A stretch of 64,000 bases of DNA, from the NCBI GenBank assembly GCA_032718475.1, contig JAUCBJ010007900.1, positions 113,353-177,352 on the forward strand. Direction: 5' to 3'. This stretch comes from Nemertoderma westbladi. Its lineage: Eukaryota > Animalia > Xenacoelomorpha. Below the pieces are notes generated by a model that worked only from the letters and a program-made list of their open reading frames with translations, did no database searches and was not told the origin of the DNA. The position numbers and the translations under genes are program-made. Positions 24,401 to 39,400 of the stretch are shown here, piece after piece. The first letter of the stretch is position 1; each line of letters opens with the position of its first letter.

Positions 24401-27400
24401 AGTAACAGATTGATAAACACAGAGGTAGGAAAGTAGTAACATATTGATAAACACAGAGGTATAAAGTAGGAATAGGTTGATAAACACAGATATATGAACA
24501 CCAAGTAGTAACAGATTGATAAACACAGAGGTAGGAACATAGTAACAGATTGATAAACACAGAGGTAGGAAAGTAGTAACAGATTTATAAACACAGAGGT
24601 AGGAACATAGTAACAGATTGATAAACACAGAGGTAGGAACATAGTAACAGATTGATAAACACAGAGGTAGGAAAGTAGTAACAGATTTATAAACACAGAG
24701 GTAGGAACATAGTAACAGATTGATAAACACAGAGGTAGGCAAGTAGTAACAGATTGATAAACACAGAGGTAGGAACATAGTAACAGATTGATAAACACAG
24801 AGGTAGGAAAGTAGTAACAGATTTATAAACACAGAGGTAGGAACATAGTAACAGATTGATAAACACAGAGGTAGGAACATAGTAACAGATTGATAAACAC
24901 AGAGGTAGGAAAGTAGTAACAGATTTATAAACACAGAGGTGGAACATAGTAACAGATTGATAAACACAGAGGTAGGCAAGTAGTAACAGATTGATAAACA
25001 CAGAGGTAGGAACATAGTAACAGATTGATAAACACAGAGGTAGGAACATAGTAACAGATTGATAAACACAGAGGTAGGAAAGTAGTAACATATTGATAAA
25101 CACAGAGGTAGGAACATAGTAACAGATTGATAAACACAGAGGTAGGAAAGTAGTAATATATTGATAAACACAGAGGTAGGAACATAGTAACAGATTGATA
25201 AACACAGAGGTAGGAAAGTAGTAACATATTGATAAACACAGAGGTAGGAACATAGTAACAGATTGATAAACACAGAGGTAGGAAAGTAGTAACATATTGA
25301 TAAACACAGAGGTAGGAACATTGTAACAGATTGATAAACACAGAGGTAGGCAAGTAGTAACAGATTGATAAACACAGAGGTAGGAACATAGTAACAGATT
25401 GATAAACACAGAGGTAGGAAAGTAGTAACATATTGATAAACACAGAGGTAGGAACATAGTAACAGATTGATAAACACAGAGGTAGGAAAGTAGTAACAGA
25501 TTTATAAACACAGAGGTAGGAACATAGTAACAGATTGATAAACACAGAGGTTGGAACATTGTAACAGATTGATAAACACAGAGGTAGGCAAGTAGTAACA
25601 GATTGATAAACACAGAGGTAGGAACATAGTAACAGATTGATAAACACAGAGGTAGGAACATAGTAACATATTGATAAACACAGAGGTAGGAACATATTGA
25701 TAAACACAGAGGTAGGAACATAGTAACAGATTGATAAACACAGAGGTAGGAAAGTAGTAACATATTGATAAACACAGAGGTAGGAACATATTTATAAACA
25801 CAGAGGTAGAAAGTAGGCATAGGTTGATAAACACAGAGGTAGGAACATAGTAACAGATTGATAAACACAGAGGTATGAAAGTAGTAACATATTGATAAAC
25901 ACAGAGGTAGGAACATAGTAACAGATTGATAAACACAGAGGTAGGAACATAGTAACAGATTGATAAACACAGAGGTAGGAAAGTAGTAACAGATTTATAA
26001 ACACAGAGGTAGGAACATAGTAACAGATTGATAAACACAGAGGTAGGCAAGTAGTAACAGATTGATAAACACAGAGGTAGGAACATAGTAACAGATTGAT
26101 AAACACAGAGGTAGGAAAGTAGTAACAGATTTATAAACACAGAGGTAGGAACATAGTAACAGATTGATAAACACAGAGGTAGGAACATAGTAACAGATTG
26201 ATAAACACAGAGGTAGGAAAGTAGTAACAGATTTATAAACACAGAGGTAGGAACATAGTAACAGATTGATAAACACAGAGGTAGGCAAGTAGTAACAGAT
26301 TGATAAACACAGAGGTAGGAACATAGTAACAGATTGATAAACATAGAGGTAGGAACATAGTAACAGATTGATAAACACAGAGGTAGGAAAGTAGTAACAT
26401 ATTGATAAACACAGAGGTAGGAACATAGTAACAGATTGATAAACACAGAGGTAGGAAAGTAGTAATATATTGATAAACACAGAGGTAGGAACATAGTAAC
26501 AGATTGATAAACACAGAGGTAGGAAAGTAGTAACATATTGATAAACACAGAGGTAGGAACATAGTAACAGATTGATAAACACAGAGGTAGGAAAGTAGTA
26601 ACATATTGATAAACACAGAGGTAGGAACATTGTAACAGATTGATAAACACAGAGGTAGGCAAGTAGTAACAGATTGATAAACACAGAGGTAGGAACATAG
26701 TAACAGATTGATAAACACAGAGGTAGGAAAGTAGTAACATATTGATAAACACAGAGGTAGGAACATAGTAACAGATTGATAAACACAGAGGTAGGAAAGT
26801 AGTAACAGATTTATAAACACAGAGGTAGGAACATAGTAACAGATTGATAAACACAGAGGTTGGAACATTGTAACAGATTGATAAACACAGAGGTAGGCAA
26901 GTAGTAACAGATTGATAAACACAGAGGTAGGAACATAGTAACAGATTGATAAACACAGAGGTAGGAACATAGTAACAGATTGATAAACACAGAGGTAGGA
27001 AAGTAGTAACATATTGATAAACACAGAGGTAGGAACATAGTAACAGATTGATAAACACAGAGGTAGGAAAGTAGTAACATATTGATAAACACAGAGGTAG
27101 GAACATAGTAACAGATTGATAAACAAAGAGGTAGGAAAGTAGTAACATATTGATAAACACAGAGGTAGGAACATATTTATAAACACAGAGGTAGAAAGTA
27201 GGCATAGGTTGATAAACTCAGAGGTAGGAACATAGTAACAGATTGATAAACACAGAGGTAGGAAAGTAGTAACATATTGATAAACACAGAGGTAGGAACA
27301 TAGTAACAGATTGATAAACACAGAGGTAGGAAAGTAGTAACATATTGATAAGCACAGAGGTAGGAAAGTAGTAACATATTGATAAACACAGAGGTAGGAA

Positions 27401-30400
27401 CATAGTAACAGATTGATAAACACAGAGGTAGGAAAGTAGTAACATATTGATAAACACAGAGGTAGGAACATATTGATAAACACAGAGGTAGGAACATATT
27501 TATAAACACAGAGGTAGAAAGTAGGCATAGGTTGATAAACACAGAGGTAGGAACATAGTAACAGATTGATAAACACAGAGGTAGGAACATAGTAACAGAT
27601 TGATAAACACAGAGGTAGGAAAGTAGTAACATATTGATAAACACAGAGGTAGGAACATAGTAACAGATTGATAAACACAGAGGTAGGAAAGTAGTAACAT
27701 ATTGATAAACACAGAGGTAGGAACATATTTATAAACACAGAGGTAGGAACATATTTATAAACAAAGAGGTAGAAAGTAGGCATAGGTTGATAAACACAGA
27801 GGTAGGAACATAGTAACAGATTGATAAACACAGAGGTAGGAACATAGTAACAGATTGATAAACACAGAGGTAGGAAAGTAGTAACATATTGATAAACACA
27901 GAGGTAGGAACATATTTATAAACACAGAGGTAGAAAGTAGGCATAGGTTGATAAACACAGAGGTAGGAACATAGTAACAGATTGATAAACACAGAGGTAG
28001 GAACATAGTAACAGATTGATAAACACAGAGGTAGGAACATAGTAACAGATTGATAAACACAGAGGTAGGAAAGTAGTAACATATTGATAAACACAGAGGT
28101 AGGAACATAGTAACAGATTGATAAACACAGAGGTAGGAAAGTAGTAACATATTGATAAACACAGAGGTAGGAACATATTTATAAACGCAGAGGTAGGAAC
28201 ATAGTAACAGATTGATAAACACAGAGGTAGGAAAGTAGTAACATATTGATAAACACAGAGGTAGGAACATATTTATAAACACAGAGGTAGGAACATGGTA
28301 ACAGATTGATAAACACAGAGGTAGGAAAGTAGTAACATATTGATAAACACAGAGGTAGGAACATATTGATAAACACAGAGGTAGGAACATAGTAACAGAT
28401 TGATAAACACAGAGGTAGGAAAGTAGTAACATATTGATAAACACAGAGGTAGGAACATATTTATAAACACAGAGGTAGAAAGTAGGCATAGGTTGATAAA
28501 CACAGAGGTAGGAACATAGTAACAGATTGATAAACACAGAGGTATGAAAGTAGTAACATATTGATAAACACAGAGGTAGGAACATAGTAACAGATTGATA
28601 AACACAGAGGTAGGAAAGTAGTAACATATTGATAAACACAGAGGTAGGAACATAGTAACAGATTGATAAACACAGAGGTAGGAAAGTAGTAACATATTGA
28701 TAAACACAGAGGTAGGAACATAGTAACAGATTGATAAACACAGAGGTAGGAAAGTAGTAACATATTGATAAATACAGAGGTAGGAACATATTTATAAACA
28801 CAGAGGTAGGAACATATTTATAAACAAAGAGGTAGAAAGTAGGCATAGGTTGATAAACACAGAGGTAGGAACATAGTAACAGATTGATAAACACAGAGGT
28901 AGGAACATAGTAACAGATTGATAAACACAGAGGTAGGAAAGTAGTAACATATTGATAAACACAGAGGTAGGAACATATTTATAAACACAGAGGTAGAAAG
29001 TAGGCATAGGTTGATAAACACAGAGGTAGGAACATAGTAACAGATTGATAAACACAGAGGTAGGAACATAGTAACAGATTGATAAACACAGAGGTAGGAA
29101 CATAGTAACAGATTGATAAACACAGAGGTAGGAACATAGTAACAGATTGATAAACACAGAGGTAGGAAAGTAGTAACATATTGATAAACACAGAGGTAGG
29201 AACATAGTAACAGATTGATAAACACAGAGGTAGGAAAGTAGTAACATATTGATAAACACAGAGGTAGGAACATATTTATAAACGCAGAGGTAGGAACATA
29301 GTAACAGATTGATAAACACAGAGGTAGGAAAGTAGTAACATATTGATAAACACAGAGGTAGGAACATATTTATAAACACAGAGGTAGGAACATGGTAACA
29401 GATTGATAAACACAGAGGTAGGAAAGTAGTAACATATTGATAAACACAGAGGTAGGAACATATTGATAAACACAGAGGTAGGAACATAGTAACAGATTGA
29501 TAAACACAGAGGTAGGAAAGTAGTAACATATTGATAAACACAGAGGTAGGAACATATTTATAAACACAGAGGTAGAAAGTAGGCATAGGTTGATAAACAC
29601 AGAGGTAGGAACATAGTAACAGATTGATAAACACAGAGGTATGAAAGTAGTAACATATTGATAAACACAGAGGTAGGAACATAGTAACAGATTGATAAAC
29701 ACAGAGGTAGGAAAGTAGTAACATATTGATAAACACAGAGGTAGGAACATAGTAACAGATTGATAAACACAGAGGTAGGAAAGTAGTAACATATTGATAA
29801 ACACAGAGGTAGGAACATAGTAACAGATTGATAAACACAGAGGTAGGAAAGTAGTAACATATTGATAAATACAGAGGTAGGAACATATTTATAAACACAG
29901 AGGTAGGAACATATTTATAAACAAAGAGGTAGAAAGTAGGCATAGGTTGATAAACACAGAGGTAGGAACATAGTAACAGATTGATAAACACAGAGGTAGG
30001 AACATAGTAACAGATTGATAAACACAGAGGTAGGAAAGTAGTAACATATTGATAAACACAGAGGTAGGAACATATTTATAAACACAGAGGTAGAAAGTAG
30101 GCATAGGTTGATAAACACAGAGGTAGGAACATAGTAACAGATTGATAAACACAGAGGTAGGAACATAGTAACAGATTGATAAACACAGAGGTAGGAACAT
30201 AGTAACAGATTGATAAACACAGAGGTAGGAACATAGTAACAGATTGATAAACACAGAGGTAGGAAAGTAGTAACATATTGATAAACACAGAGGTAGGAAC
30301 ATAGTAACAGATTGATAAACACAGAGGTAGGAAAGTAGTAACATATTGATAAACACAGAGGTAGGAACATAGTAACAGATTGATAAACACAGAGGTAGGA

Positions 30401-33400
30401 AAGTAGTAACATATTGATAAACACAGAGGTAGGAACATATTTATAAACACAGAGGTAGAAAGTAGGCATATGTTGATAAACACAGAGGTAGGAACATAGT
30501 AACAGATTGATAAACACAGAGGTAGGAACATAGTAACAGATTGATAAACACAGAGGTAGGAAAGTAGTAACATATTGATAAACACAGAGGTAGGAACATA
30601 TTTATAAACACAGAGGTAGAAAGTAGGCATATGTTGATAAACACAGAGGTAGGAACATAGTAACAGATTGATAAACACAGATGTAGGAACATAGTAACAG
30701 ATTGATAAACACAGAGGTAGGAAAGTAGTAACATATTGATAAACACAGAGGTAGGAACATAGTAACAGATTGATAAACACAGAGGGAGGAAAGTAGTAAC
30801 ATATTGATAAACACAGAGGTAGGAACATATTTATAAACAAAGAGGTAGGAACATGGTAACAGATTGATAAACACAGAGGTAGGAAAGTAGTAACATATTG
30901 ATAAACACAGAGGTAGGAACATATTGATAAACACAGAGGTAGGAACATAGTAACAGATTGATAAACACAGAGGTAGGAAAGTAGTAACATATTGATAAAC
31001 ACAGAGGTAGGAACATATTTATAAACACAGAGGTAGAAAGTAGGCATAGGTTGATAAACACAGAGGTAGGAACATAGTAACAGATTGATAAACACAGAGG
31101 TATGAAAGTAGTAACATATTGATAAACACAGAGGTAGGAACATAGTAACAGATTGATAAACACAGAGGTAGGAAAGTAGTAACATATTGATAAACACAGA
31201 GGTAGGAACATAGTAACAGATTGATAAACACAGAGGTAGGAAAGTAGTAACATATTGATAAACACAGAGGTAGGAACATATTTATAAACACAGAGGTAGA
31301 AAGTAGGCATATGTTGATAAACACAGAGGTAGGAACATAGTAACAGATTGATAAACACAGAGGTAGGAACATAGTAACAGATTGATAAACACAGAGGTAG
31401 GAAAGTAGTAACATATTGATAAACACAGAGGTAGGAACATATTTATAAACACAGAGGTAGAAAGTAGGCATATGTTGATAAACACAGAGGTAGGAACATA
31501 GTAACAGATTGATAAACACAGAGGTAGGAACATAGTAACAGATTGATAAACACAGAGGTAGGAAAGTAGTAACATATTGATAAACACAGAGGTAGGAACA
31601 TAGTAACAGATTGATAAACACAGAGGTAGGAAAGTAGTAACATATTGATAAACACAGAGGTAGGAACATAGTAACAGATTGATAAACACAGAGGTAGGAA
31701 AGTAGTAACATATTGATAAACACAGAGGTAGGAACATATTTATAAACACAGAGGTAGAAAGTAGGCATATGTTGATAAACACTGAGGTAGGAACATAGTA
31801 ACAGATTGATAAACACAGAGGTAGGAACATAGTAACAGATTGATAAACACAGAGGTAGGAAAGTAGTAACATATTGATAAACACAGAGGTAGGAACATAT
31901 TTATAAACACAGAGGTAGAAAGTAGGCATATGTTGATAAACACAGAGGTAGGAACATAGTAACAGATTGATAAACACAGATGTAGGAACATAGTAACAGA
32001 TTGATAAACACAGAGGTAGGAAAGTAGTAACATATTGATAAACACAGAGGTAGGAACATAGTAACAGATTGATAAACACAGAGGGAGGAAAGTAGTAACA
32101 TATTGATAAACACAGAGGTAGGAACATATTTATAAACACAGAGGTAGGAACATGGTAACAGATTGATAAACACAGAGGTAGGAAAGTAGTAACATATTGA
32201 TAAACACAGAGGTAGGAACATATTGATAAACACAGAGGTAGGAACATAGTAACAGATTGATAAACACAGAGGTAGGAAAGTAGTAACATATTGATAAACA
32301 CAGAGGTAGGAACATATTTATAAACACAGAGGTAGAAAGTAGGCATAGGTTGATAAACACAGAGGTAGGAACATAGTAACAGATTGATAAACACAGAGGT
32401 ATGAAAGTAGTAACATATTGATAAACACAGAGGTAGGAACATAGTAACAGATTGATAAACACAGAGGTAGGAAAGTAGTAACATATTGATAAACACAGAG
32501 GTAGGAACATAAACAGATTGATAAACACAGAGGTAGGAAAGTAGTAACATATTGATAAACACAGAGGTAGGAACATATTTATAAACACAGAGGTAGAAAG
32601 TAGGCATATGTTGATAAACACAGAGGTAGGAACATAGTAACAGATTGATAAACACAGAGGTAGGAACATAGTAACAGATTGATAAACACAGAGGTAGGAA
32701 AGTAGTAACATATTGATAAACACAGAGGTAGGAACATATTTATAAACACAGAGGTAGAAAGTAGGCATATGTTGATAAACACAGAGGTAGGAACATAGTA
32801 ACAGATTGATAAACACAGAGGTAGGAACATAGTAACAGATTGATAAACACAGAGGTAGGAAAGTAGTAACATATTGATAAACACAGAGGTAGGAACATAG
32901 TAACAGATTGATAAACACAGAGGTAGGAAAGTAGTAACATATTGATAAACACAGAGGTAGGAACATAGTAACAGATTGATAAACACAGAGGTATGAAAGT
33001 AGTAACATATTGATAAACACAGAGGTAGGAACATAGTAACAGATTGATAAACACAGAGGTAGGAAAGTAGTAACATATTGATAAACACAGAGGTAGGAAC
33101 ATAGTAACAGATTGATAAACACAGAGGTAGGAAAGTAGTAACATATTGATAAACACAGAGGTAGGAACATATTTATAAACACAGAGGTAGAAAGTAGGCA
33201 TATGTTGATAAACACAGAGGTAGGAACATAGTAACAGATTGATAAACACAGAGGTAGGAACATAGTAACAGATTGATAAACACAGAGGTAGGAAAGTAGT
33301 AACATATTGATAAACACAGAGGTAGGAACATATTTATAAACACAGAGGTAGAAAGTAGGCATATGTTGATAAACACAGAGGTAGGAACATAGTAACAGAT

Positions 33401-36400
33401 TGATAAACACAGAGGTAGGAACATAGTAACAGATTGATAAACACAGAGGTAGGAAAGTAGTAACATATTGATAAACACAGAGGTAGGAACATAGTAACAG
33501 ATTGATAAACACAGAGGTAGGAAAGTAGTAACATATTGATAAACACAGAGGTAGGAACATAGTAACAGATTGATAAACACAGAGGTAGGAAAGTAGTAAC
33601 ATATTGATAAACACAGAGGTAGGAACATATTTATAAACACAGAGGTAGAAAGTAGGCATATGTTGATAAACACAGAGGTAGGAACATAGTAACAGATTGA
33701 TAAACACAGAGGTAGGAACATAGTAACAGATTGATAAACACAGAGGTAGGAAAGTAGTAACATATTGATAAACACAGAGGTAGGAACATATTTATAAACA
33801 CAGAGGTAGAAAGTAGGCATATGTTGATAAACACAGAGGTAGGAACATAGTAACAGATTGATAAACACAGAGGTAGGAACATAGTAACAGATTGATAAAC
33901 ACAGAGGTAGGAAAGTAGTAACATATTGATAAACACAGAGGTAGGAACATAGTAACAGATTGATAAACACAGAGGTAGGAAAGTAGTAACATATTGATAA
34001 ACACAGAGGTAGGAACATAGTAACAGATTGATAAACACAGAGGTAGGAAAGTAGTAACATATTGATAAACACAGAGGTAGGAACATATTTATAAACACAG
34101 AGGTAGAAAGTAGGCATATGTTGATAAACACAGAGGTAGGAACATAGTAACAGATTGATAAACACAGAGGTAGGAACATAGTAACAGATTGATAAACACA
34201 GAGGTAGGAAAGTAGTAACATATTGATAAACACAGAGGTAGGAACATATTTATAAACACAGAGGTAGAAAGTAGGCATATGTTGATAAACACAGAGGTAG
34301 GAACATAGTAACAGATTGATAAACACAGATGTAGGAACATAGTAACAGATTGATAAACACAGAGGTAGGAAAGTAGTAACATATTGATAAACACAGAGGT
34401 AGGAACATAGTAACAGATTGATAAACACAGAGGGAGGAAAGTAGTAACATATTGATAAACACAGAGGTAGGAACATATTTATAAACACAGAGGTAGGAAC
34501 ATGGTAACAGATTGATAAACACAGAGGTAGGAAAGTAGTAACATATTGATAAACACAGAGGTAGGAACATATTGATAAACACAGAGGTAGGAACATAGTA
34601 ACAGATTGATAAACACAGAGGTAGGAAAGTAGTAACATATTGATAAACACAGAGGTAGGAACATATTTATAAACACAGAGGTAGAAAGTAGGCATAGGTT
34701 GATAAACACAGAGGTAGGAACATAGTAACAGATTGATAAACACAGAGGTATGAAAGTAGTAACATATTGATAAACACAGAGGTAGGAACATAGTAACAGA
34801 TTGATAAACACAGAGGTAGGAAAGTAGTAACATATTGATAAACACAGAGGTAGGAACATAGTAACAGATTGATAAACACAGAGGTAGGAAAGTAGTAACA
34901 TATTGATAAACACAGAGGTAGGAACATATTTATAAACACAGAGGTAGAAAGTAGGCATATGTTGATAAACACAGAGGTAGGAACATAGTAACAGATTGAT
35001 AAACACAGAGGTAGGAACATAGTAACAGATTGATAAACACAGAGGTAGGAAAGTAGTAACATATTGATAAACACAGAGGTAGGAACATATTTATAAACAC
35101 AGAGGTAGAAAGTAGGCATATGTTGATAAACACAGAGGTAGGAACATAGTAACAGATTGATAAACACAGAGGTAGGAACATAGTAACAGATTGATAAACA
35201 CAGAGGTAGGAAAGTAGTAACATATTGATAAACACAGAAGTAGGAACATAGTAACAGATTGATAAACACAGAGGTAGGAAAGTAGTAACATATTGATAAA
35301 CACAGAGGTAGGAACATAGTAACAGATTGATAAACACAGAGGTAGGAAAGTAGTAACATATTGATAAACACAGAGGTAGGAACATATTTATAAACACAGA
35401 GGTAGAAAGTAGGCATATGTTGATAAACACAGAGGTAGGAACATAGTAACAGATTGATAAACACAGAGGTAGGAACATAGTAACAGATTGATAAACACAG
35501 AGGTAGGAAAGTAGTAACATATTGATAAACACAGAGGTAGGAACATATTTATAAACACAGAGGTAGAAAGTAGGCATATGTTGATAAACACAGAGGTAGG
35601 AACATAGTAACAGATTGATAAACACAGAGGTAGGAACATAGTAACAGATTGATAAACACAGAGGTAGGAAAGTAGTAACATATTGATAAACACAGAGGTA
35701 GGAACATATTTATAAACACAGAGGTAGAAAGTAGGCATATGTTGATAAACACAGAGGTAGGAACATAGTAACAGATTGATAAACACAGAGGTAGGAACAT
35801 ATTTATAAACGCAGAGGTAGGAACATAGTAACAGATTGATAAACACAGAGGTAGGAAAGTAGTAACATATTGATAAACACAGAGGTAGGAACATATTTAT
35901 AAACACAGAGGTAGGAACATGGTAACAGATTGATAAACACAGAGGTAGGAAAGTAGTAACATATTGATAAACACAGAGGTAGGAACATATTGATAAACAC
36001 AGAGGTAGGAACATAGTAACAGATTGATAAACACAGAGGTAGGAAAGTAGTAACATATTGATAAACACAGAGGTAGGAACATATTTATAAACACAGAGGT
36101 AGAAAGTAGGCATAGGTTGATAAACACAGAGGTAGGAACATAGTAACAGATTGATAAACACAGAGGTATGAAAGTAGTAACATATTGATAAACACAGAGG
36201 TAGGAACATAGTAACAGATTGATAAACACAGAGGTAGGAAAGTAGTAACATATTGATAAACACAGAGGTAGGAACATAGTAACAGATTGATAAACACAGA
36301 GGTAGGAACATAGTAACATATTGATAAACACAGAGGTAGGAACATATTTATAAACACAGAGGTAGAAAGTAGGCATATGTTGATAAACACAGAGGTAGGA

Positions 36401-39400
36401 ACATAGTAACAGATTGATAAACACAGAGGTAGGAACATAGTAACAGATTGATAAACACAGAGGTAGGAAAGTAGTAACATATTGATAAACACAGAGGTAG
36501 GAACATATTTATAAACACAGAGGTAGAAAGTAGGCATATGTTGATAAACACAGAGGTAGGAACATAGTAACAGATTGATAAACATAGAGGTAGGAACATA
36601 GTAACAGATTGATAAACACAGAGGTAGGAAAGTAGTAACATATTGATAAACACAGAGGTAGGAACATATTTATAAACACAGAGGTAGAAAGTAGGCATAG
36701 GTTGATAAACACAGAGGTAGAAAGTAGGAATAGGTTGATAAACACAGAGGTAGGAACATAGTAACAGATTGATAAACACAGATGTAGGAACATAGTAACA
36801 GATTGATAAACACAGAGGTAGGAACATAGTAACAGATTGATAAACACAGAGGGAGGAAAGTAGTAACATATTGATAAACACAGAGGTATAAAGTAGGAAT
36901 AGGTTGATAAACACAGAGGTAGAAAGTAGGAATAGGTTGATAAACACAGAGGTAGGAACATAGTAACAGATTGATAAACACAGAGGTAGGAAAGTAGTAA
37001 CATATTGATAAACACAGAGGTAGGAACATATTTATAAACACAGAGGTAGAAAGTAGGCATAGGTTGATAAACACAGAGGTAGAAAGTAGGAATAGGTTGA
37101 TAAACACAGAGGTAGGAACATAGTAACAGATTGATAAACACAGATGTAGGAACATAGTAACAGATTGATAAACACAGAGGTAGGAAAGTAGTAACATATT
37201 GATAAACACAGAGGTAGGAACATAGTAACAGATTGATAAACACAGAGGTAGGAAAGTAGTAACATATTGATAAACACAGAGGTAGGAACATAGTAACAGA
37301 TTGATAAACACAGAGGTAGGAAAGTAGTAACATATTGATAAACACAGAGGTAGGAACATAGTAACAGATTGATAAACACAGAGGTAGGAAAGTAGTAACA
37401 TATTGATAAACACAGAGGTAGGAACATAGTAACAGATTGATAAACACAGAGGTAGGAAAGTAGTAACATATTGATAAACACAGAGGTAGGAACATATTTA
37501 TAAACACAGAGGTAGAAAGTAGGCATAGGTTGATAAACACAGAGGTAGGAACATAGTAACAGATTGATAAACACAGAGGTAGGAACATAGTAACAGATTG
37601 ATAAACACAGAGGTAGGAAAGTAGTAACATATTGATAAACACAGAGGTAGGAACATAGTAACATATTGATAAACACAGAGGTAGGAAAGTAGTAACATAT
37701 TGATAAACACAGAGGTAGGAACATAGTAACAGATTGATAAACACAGAGGTAGGAAAGTAGTAACATATTGATAAACACAGAGGTAGGAACATATTTATAA
37801 ACACAGAGGCAGAAAGTAGGCATAGGTTGATAAACACAGAGGTAGGAACATAGTAACAGATTGATAAACACAGAGGTAGGAACATAATAACAGATTGATA
37901 AACACAGAGGTAGGAAAGTAGTAACATATTGATAAACACAGAGGTAGGAACATAGTAACAGATTGATAAACACAGAGGTAGGAAAGTAGTAACATATTGA
38001 TAAACACAGATGTAGGAACATATTTATAAACGCAGAGGTAGGAACATAGTAACAGATTGATAAACACAGAGGTAGGAAAGTAGTAACATATTGATAAACA
38101 CAGAGGTAGGAACATATTTATAAACACAGAGGTAGGAACATGGTAACAGATTGATAAACACAGAGGTAGGAAAGTAGTAACATATTGATAAACACAGAGG
38201 TAGGAACATATTGATAAACACAGAGGTAGGAACATAGTAACAGATTGATAAACACAGAGGTAGGAAAGTAGTAACATATTGATAAACACAGAGGTAGGAA
38301 CATATTTATAAACACAGAGGTAGAAAGTAGGCATAGGTTGATAAACACAGAGGTAGGAACATAGTAACAGATTGATAAACACAGAGGTATGAAAGTAGTA
38401 ACATATTGATAAACACAGAGGTAGGAACATAGTAACAGATTGATAAACACAGAGGTAGGAAAGTAGTAACATATTGATAAACACAGAGGTAGGAACATAG
38501 TAACAGATTGATAAACACAGAGGTAGGAAAGTAGTAACATATTGATAAACACAGAGGTAGGAACATAGTAACAGATTGATAAACACAGAGGTAGGAAAGT
38601 AGTAACATATTGATAAACACAGAGGTAGGAACATATTTATAAACACAGAGGTAGAAAGTAGGCATATGTTGATAAACACAGAGGTAGGAACATAGTAACA
38701 GATTGATAAACACAGAGGTAGGAACATAGTAACAGATTGATAAACACAGAGGTAGGAAAGTAGTAACATATTGATAAACACAGAGGTAGGAACATATTTA
38801 TAAACACAGAGGTAGAAAGTAGGCATATGTTGATAAACACAGAGGTAGGAACATAGTAACAGATTGATAAACACAGAGGTAGGAACATAGTAACAGATTG
38901 ATAAACACAGAGGTAGGAAAGTAGTAACATATTGATAAACACAGAGGTAGGAACATATTTATAAACACAGAGGTAGAAAGTAGGCATATGTTGATAAACA
39001 CAGAGGTAGGAACATAGTAACAGATTGATAAACACAGAGGTAGGAACATATTTATAAACGCAGAGGTAGGAACATAGTAACAGATTGATAAACACAGAGG
39101 TAGGAAAGTAGTAACATATTGATAAACACAGAGGTAGGAACATATTTATAAACACAGAGGTAGGAACATGGTAACAGATTGATAAACACAGAGGTAGGAA
39201 AGTAGTAACATATTGATAAACACAGAGGTAGGAACATATTGATAAACACAGAGGTAGAAAGTAGGCATAGGTTGATAAACACAGAGGTAGGAACATAGTA
39301 ACAGATTGATAAACACAGAGGTATGAAAGTAGTAACATATTGATAAACACAGAGGTAGGAACATAGTAACAGATTGATAAACACAGAGGTAGGAAAGTAG